The position numbers and the translations under genes are program-made. The notes under the pieces are model-generated. The model ran no database searches, was not told the origin of the DNA, and saw only the letters and a list, made by a program, of their open reading frames with translations. From Octopus bimaculoides (lineage: Eukaryota), in the NCBI RefSeq assembly GCF_001194135.2, contig NC_068987.1, positions 72,264,021-72,321,601 of the forward strand: DNA of 57,581 bases, given 5' to 3'. Positions within the stretch are counted from its first letter, which is position 1. The number at the start of each line of letters is the position of its first letter. Shown in pieces: positions 51,701 to 57,581 of the stretch.

Positions 51701-54644
51701 TCAAGGTCAATAAAATAGGTACCAGTTGAGCACTGGGGTTGATGCAATTGATTTCCCCCTCCCATGAAATTACTGGTCTTGTGCCAACATTTGAAACCAT
51801 TTTCTAGGAAGGCAACACTGTATAAAATAAGTTGATGGTCACTTTTTCCATTATTCCTAAATAACCTTGAAAAATTCAGTAATGCATACAATTAGTCTGA
51901 ACAGATCAGGGGGAAAAAAATAGTATAAACTTGAACTCTTCATTGATATCACTCATCTGTAGGCTTTCAAAATTCTGTTTTGAAAAATTGATGGAGTTGG
52001 GAAGCAGAAGACTTTAAACTTAACCACATAATCCTTCTCATATGTTTGCTTGAACTTTCTGATTTTGTCATTTGTTTAGTGTTTTAACACCTGTATTTGT
52101 GAAACTGTGAAATTGAACCATCAGTAACCCACTTTTTAAACATGAGGTGCCGTATTAATCTCTCACTGGCGCGTTTGTGTGTGCATACATAAATACACAT
52201 TTACATACCTACATGACTAGTGTAGTTTCCCTTTCTCAAACATGACAACCCCCTCCCCCTCTATCACTTTGTTTGCTCAGATCTCATTACACACAAAGTT
52301 CAAATAGATATTTCCATAAGGAATATAAATAAATATAACCGTTAGTGATTGTCTTACCACACAAAAATTGTTGCACTTTTATGGTTGTTAATCTTATTTT
52401 GCTTTAAAAGAAAATGGCTTGGTCTGGAGGGGAAGGCACTCTTCTCTGGCCTTCACACTCAAATCTAAATTCAGATCAGGTTCAATACAAACAAGTCTGC
52501 AAATAAGTTTTTATTTAAAAGATATAAATATCTAATAAGAAAGTAGTAACTGCACTAAGGGAATTGTGGTAGGGATTATAGGGATGTTAAAGTTCACTTC
52601 AAAATGTTATTGATCTGCAACTGAAGTAAAAATAGCATGCTTTCTCTGCCAATGATTTGTCAATTACATTACTCTCACCACTTCCACTTCTTTCAAAATG
52701 AACTATGGATGAAAAGCATGGTTGGGTAGTTAAGAAATTGATAACCTTACAACTGCATAGTTACAGTTTCAATCCTGCTGCAAGGTCTTCTACCTTAGCC
52801 TTGGGCTGACCAAAGCCTTGTGAGTAGAATTTCATCTCCATATATAAAGTAACCACCAGTAATACACTGCAGTTGGTTATATGCAACTGAAGCAATTTAA
52901 AATGAAAATAGCTGCCTGCGTATCATAGAGAGTGTAAATACACCATTGGAAGGCAAATTTACTGTGGGTTTTACCTAGAGATAACATCTTTTATGGATGT
53001 GCTGTTTAAAAAACAATATATATAAGGGGTGGTTATTTGTAATAGCTATGGCTGTTTCCTATATAATATTGGCAACAAATTTTGTCTAAGTAGGTGGCTG
53101 GCTGTGAGTACACAACACTGATAAATGCCCCCAACAAAGATGAAATGTATCTGATGTTCTTGCTAGTCATTGCTAAGGTGATTTTTATCTTCCTCCAATA
53201 TATATTGTGCATTTGAACACAGCACAAACATAAGAACTTGTTAACTCTGGATATGAATACTGCAGAAAATTGCCTATCAAAGGTCATCATCATTATCATC
53301 ATTGTTTAATGTTTGCTTTCCATGCTGGCATGGGTTGGACAGTTTGACTGAGGACTGACAAGCCAGGAGGCTGTACCAGGCTCCAATCTGATCTGGCAAG
53401 GTTTCTACAGCTGGATGCCCTTCCTAATGCCAACCACTCCGAGAGTGTAGTGGGTGCTTTTTTATGTACCACTGGTATGAGAGCCAGTCAGGCAGTACTG
53501 GCATCGACCATGCTTGAATGGTGCTTTTTACGTGTCACTAGCACAGGAGCCAGTCAGGTGGCACTGGCATCGACCATGCTCGAATGGTGCTTTTTACATA
53601 CCACTGGCATGGATGCCAGGCAGGCAGGCAGGCAGTACTGGCATTGGCCACGACAACAATTTCACTTGACTCAACAGGTCTTCTCAGCATATCGTCCAAT
53701 GATTGAAAGGTACTCTTAAATGGGCCAGTTACATGACACTGGCATAGGCCACAGCTTCAATCTCACAGCTAGGGTCGTGACAAATGTCCTCCTAAAATTT
53801 GAGTGACATGTGTGCTAATTTGTGGATGTGCATAAATTACATTCACGTACACACACATCCTGCCTTTTATATATATACAGATATACAGATATATGAGAGG
53901 TACACATCTTCAAAAGAGGTATACATTAGACAATTCCTTAAAAACAATGAAAATTTCAGTGAAAATAAAACAGAATTAAATAAATAAGCAATCAACAAAT
54001 TGAAAAAATAAAAGTGAAAGAAAAGTTAATTGCTTAAATTTTATTATTATTTTTAATCAGTTGCCATAATGTGAAGAAGTAGAATCCTGTTGCTGTTTTG
54101 GTTCAAAGGATGATATTATAATAATAATAATTCCCAAAAGTTAGGATTCTCAAGGTTATAAAACAAGGGACTGAAATAAGAAAAGAAAACTTACAGACAA
54201 GAAAATAAAAACCCACAAAAATGGAACAATAGTTAGATATTTGACTTCTACAAGTATTTTATTGCTGTTGGCTGGAATGTACTGAAAATCACATGTGAAA
54301 GAATACAATATCAGGAGTGAGTAGATCTTGCTAGTAATGATGACAATGGTGATGATGATGATGATAATGGTGATGATAATATTTAGATAAAATATATTCA
54401 CTGGGCCTTAAGCTTTATATACAGCAGAGGGACCTTTGGGATGTTTGTTCTATGTTGCAATGGTTTCAGAAAATGGTATGCAATCTCATTTAAACAGTGC
54501 GTATGTGTGCGTGTATGTTTGTTGTGCTAAAACTCTTAAACAGTAATAATTGGAAAAAGAAAAAAAAACTTGTTCATGCAGAAATACATTAATAGATGAT
54601 AAGAAATGGAAGAAAAGTACTGAATACCAGAAGAATAATATAGA

Positions 54645-54792
54645 TAATTTAATTTGGTCAACTGGAACCAAGCTGAGTGAACTTATCAGTTTCATCAGAT
54701 GTAATATATGCCTAATTAAATGGTTGACTGAGGATTCAGGCAAATATTATGTATATTTCAATTAGTTGGTTCCAGTTGACCAAATTAAATTA
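54645..54792. mobile_element. Mini element with perfect 27-bp inverted repeats
   Basis: taatttaatttggtcaactggaaccaa (54645-54671) / ttggttccagttgaccaaattaaatta (54766-54792). Confidence 0.7.
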
Positions 54793-55066
54793 CACACACT
54801 CACACAAGAAATGAGTAAATAAAAGCTTTGCCAAAACCAGGAGAGTTAGAAGCAATAAGCTTCTGGGAAGTTAAGCATTGTGACTGTCCTTCTTCTCTCA
54901 GTTGACATTGTTTTGCTTCAATGTTTCTAAGGTCTGATTACCAATGATAATTACAAATTCAGTTTACATATACACATGAAGATATATATATATATATATA
55001 TACAGATATACATATGTATGCATGCGATTATCTATCTATCTATATATATATATATATATATATAAA

Positions 55067-55218
55067 ATCAGAACAGTTTGATTCAAATTCTGTGCTACTT
55101 AAAGTCTCAAAGTCCCCTGACGGGGCTGATCATCAGGCCAGTGGAAATCCCAAGGGAAGCCCTGTCAGGATGCTTTGAAACTTTAAGCAGCATGGAATTT
55201 GAATCAAACTGTTCTGAT
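55067..55218. repeat. 152-bp fold-back element next to (TA)n
   Basis: 24-bp perfect outer stem atcagaacagtttgattcaaattc / gaatttgaatcaaactgttctgat plus about 38 bp imperfect inner stem; 30-nt loop. Confidence 0.85.
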
Positions 55219-57318
55219 CCGTACATGTAACTCTCAATAAATGTGTTGAGTGCCCTTTCTCACTTGTAGATATATAATCTATTAAAATTGCTAAGACAAT
55301 GAAAGAATTAATAATGTTTTTGTAATATCTTGTTATAATATCTGTTCTGAAAGAAATATTTTGCTTTTGATATGAGAAATATCAAGAGAATCCAATCGAA
55401 AAGACAGAGGAAGGGAAAAAATATCAACTGCAAATATCTTCTTTTGGTGAATTCTTTATCTTTATTCAAATTTTTTTAGACATTTTTTTCTCAGTGGTGG
55501 CAGGGATTTTGAATGGGTTGTTGTTGGTTTTTTTTCTTACTTTTTTTTTTTATCCAATGCTATGCTAAGATGTCATCATGCATAAATGTGAGAAGGTTTT
55601 CTTAGATAGCTAAATTCCATTATAGAGGACCATTAGAGTTTAGTTGTTGCTATCAATGTATATATATAGGTCTATTTAAAGAAAGAAAGAAAAAAAAAAC
55701 AAAGGAATTATTAATAATAAAGAAAAGTTAATCCTTTTGTGAACCACAAGAGTTCTCAGAGTTACTGAAGCTTATCTCTGATTTTTATAGCATAAAGTAG
55801 ATGAGAGACAAAAGTTCTCATCCACATCCAGGTTGGGAGGCTTGTCTATAATGAAGACACGGTAACTTTCCCCAGAAGAGTCTGGTACCTATTCTTCAGG
55901 TAGGTAATCTGAGGTAATGTAGAATTAAGTGTCTTGCCCAAAGACACAACAAAACTGCCTGCAAGAGGGGACATGAACTTCTCATAATTAATGAGCGAGT
56001 AGTCCAATCAGCTAAGCCATTTTGCTTCTACTATTGAATAATAAGGCCAGTCGTATCTGTAATTGAACTTATTGATATGATAATAAATATAATATCAGTA
56101 AATCATATTTTCATAGTATCACTGTCCGGGTATAAAAATAACCGCAATGCAGGGGTTGGCTAAATTATAGCATACACTTCTGCTTGACATTGCAGCTTAT
56201 GTTTTCTTGTCTTTTACTTACACACGAACAGTGAGACAACTCAGGATTGTGGTATTTGCTTGGTAAAACACAAGGTTTCCAGTTCAAATCCCAGTAATTT
56301 TATCCTGTGATATATTTGCCACCTGACAGACATACTGAATAGTAATGTCTATCAGGTGGTCTTGTTAATAAGATAGGAGCTGACTTTTGGATTCGACCAT
56401 CCCAATTTGTTTCACGACCAATATGATTCATTGATATTAAGAATCATATGGAAAATGGTTCATCAATATAGTTTATGGTTTGTTTATTTGATTTCATGTC
56501 TAATAAGATAGGAAATTAACAGACCAGACAGTAATAATGATGGTAATGATGATGAATCTAAAGTGACAGTAGATTATAAAGCAATTTCCCTTCCAAGAAA
56601 TAATACAGCTGTATACAGCAGTTGCTTTTTGGGTTTCACTCTTGAATTTCAAACATTTTGTACATATATTTCATATCTAGAACAGTAATTAAATAATTTA
56701 AGAAATAATAAATACATAATAATTCTTTCAATTTTGGCACAGCAATTTTGAGAGGAGGAGGAGGAGGAGAAATTGAATAGATAAACCCCAGTGCTTAACT
56801 GGTACTTATTTTATCGATCTCAAAAGGATGAAAGGCAAAGTCCATTTTGGCAATATTTGAACTCAGAAAATAAAGTCGGAATAATAATAATTATATTTGA
56901 AGATTTTCTAAAGTGGTGAGGATTGAAATGAGAGAAATTATTTTATAAATTTATAGGAAAGTGAATGTTGCTACTATATAATTTAAGAACATACTCAGAT
57001 GTTTATAAGATGCCTAGCTTGATCTATCAACCACTATTTTTGTGCTAGAAAGAAGAGTGTTAATAACATCAATATATACTTATCTTTGTCTATTGAAACT
57101 GAGATTTGTTTGGTTTTGTTTGTTTTTTCTTTTTCTTTTTTTGAGGTGGGGTTACAGAATTTTAAATAACACACTTTTTTATCTCATAAAACTAAGTCAG
57201 TCTTCTCTAGTGTAGAAATATCAGAGGGTTTATCAGCAAAAGTTTTTAAAAACATAATAATACTAAAAATAAACAAAAACAGATACTAGATTTGATTAGA
57301 TGAGAAAGAGAGAGAGAA

Positions 57319-57362
<44 letters not shown>

Positions 57363-57581
57363 GGTATCAATAATTAAGTGTGAGAAGATAGAATGTTGGA
57401 AGTAAAATAAATGAAGAACAATAAGAGAAATGAAGACTGGTAAATGAGAACGTGAATGGTAAAAGAAGAGAGAGACAGTGGAAATACTTGAGTTGTAAAC
57501 TTGTAAGAGATGGCAAAACAAAGAGAGACAAAACAGAAAGATAGATAAACTTCAAGGAAACCAGACCAGCTTTCTGAGAGA

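Noticed and set aside
1-57581. CRISPR arrays, operons or other prokaryotic systems
   Set aside because: Spliceosomal introns and metazoan retroelements throughout; no regularly spaced repeat-spacer array seen

Overview
AT-rich, repeat-dense eukaryotic genomic DNA. The SINE, RTE-LINE, mariner and microsatellite landscape suggests an octopus (inference). One protein-coding gene is supported: FAM91A1 on the + strand, with 19 coding exons traced from 8975 to the stop at 48681. All have AG/GT ends and consistent phases, totalling 2427 nt (808 aa + stop). The ATG-bearing first coding exon was not found in the window. One conserved internal exon (between ...LPAIFQ and AHGWE...) is also missing and probably lies in the 631-N gap at 38907-39537. 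Apart from ORFs overlapping these exons and one RTE LINE fragment, I could not support any other ORF-track entry as a gene. The most interesting non-genic signals are fold-back repeats: two carry decayed hammerhead-ribozyme-like cores (5161-5610, 55067-55218), one is a 208-bp near-perfect palindrome embedded in (TA)n whose second copy runs into the gap, and one is a mariner made of two right ends. There are also local templated duplications. Vertebrate FAM91A1 comparisons are from memory, not from a search.
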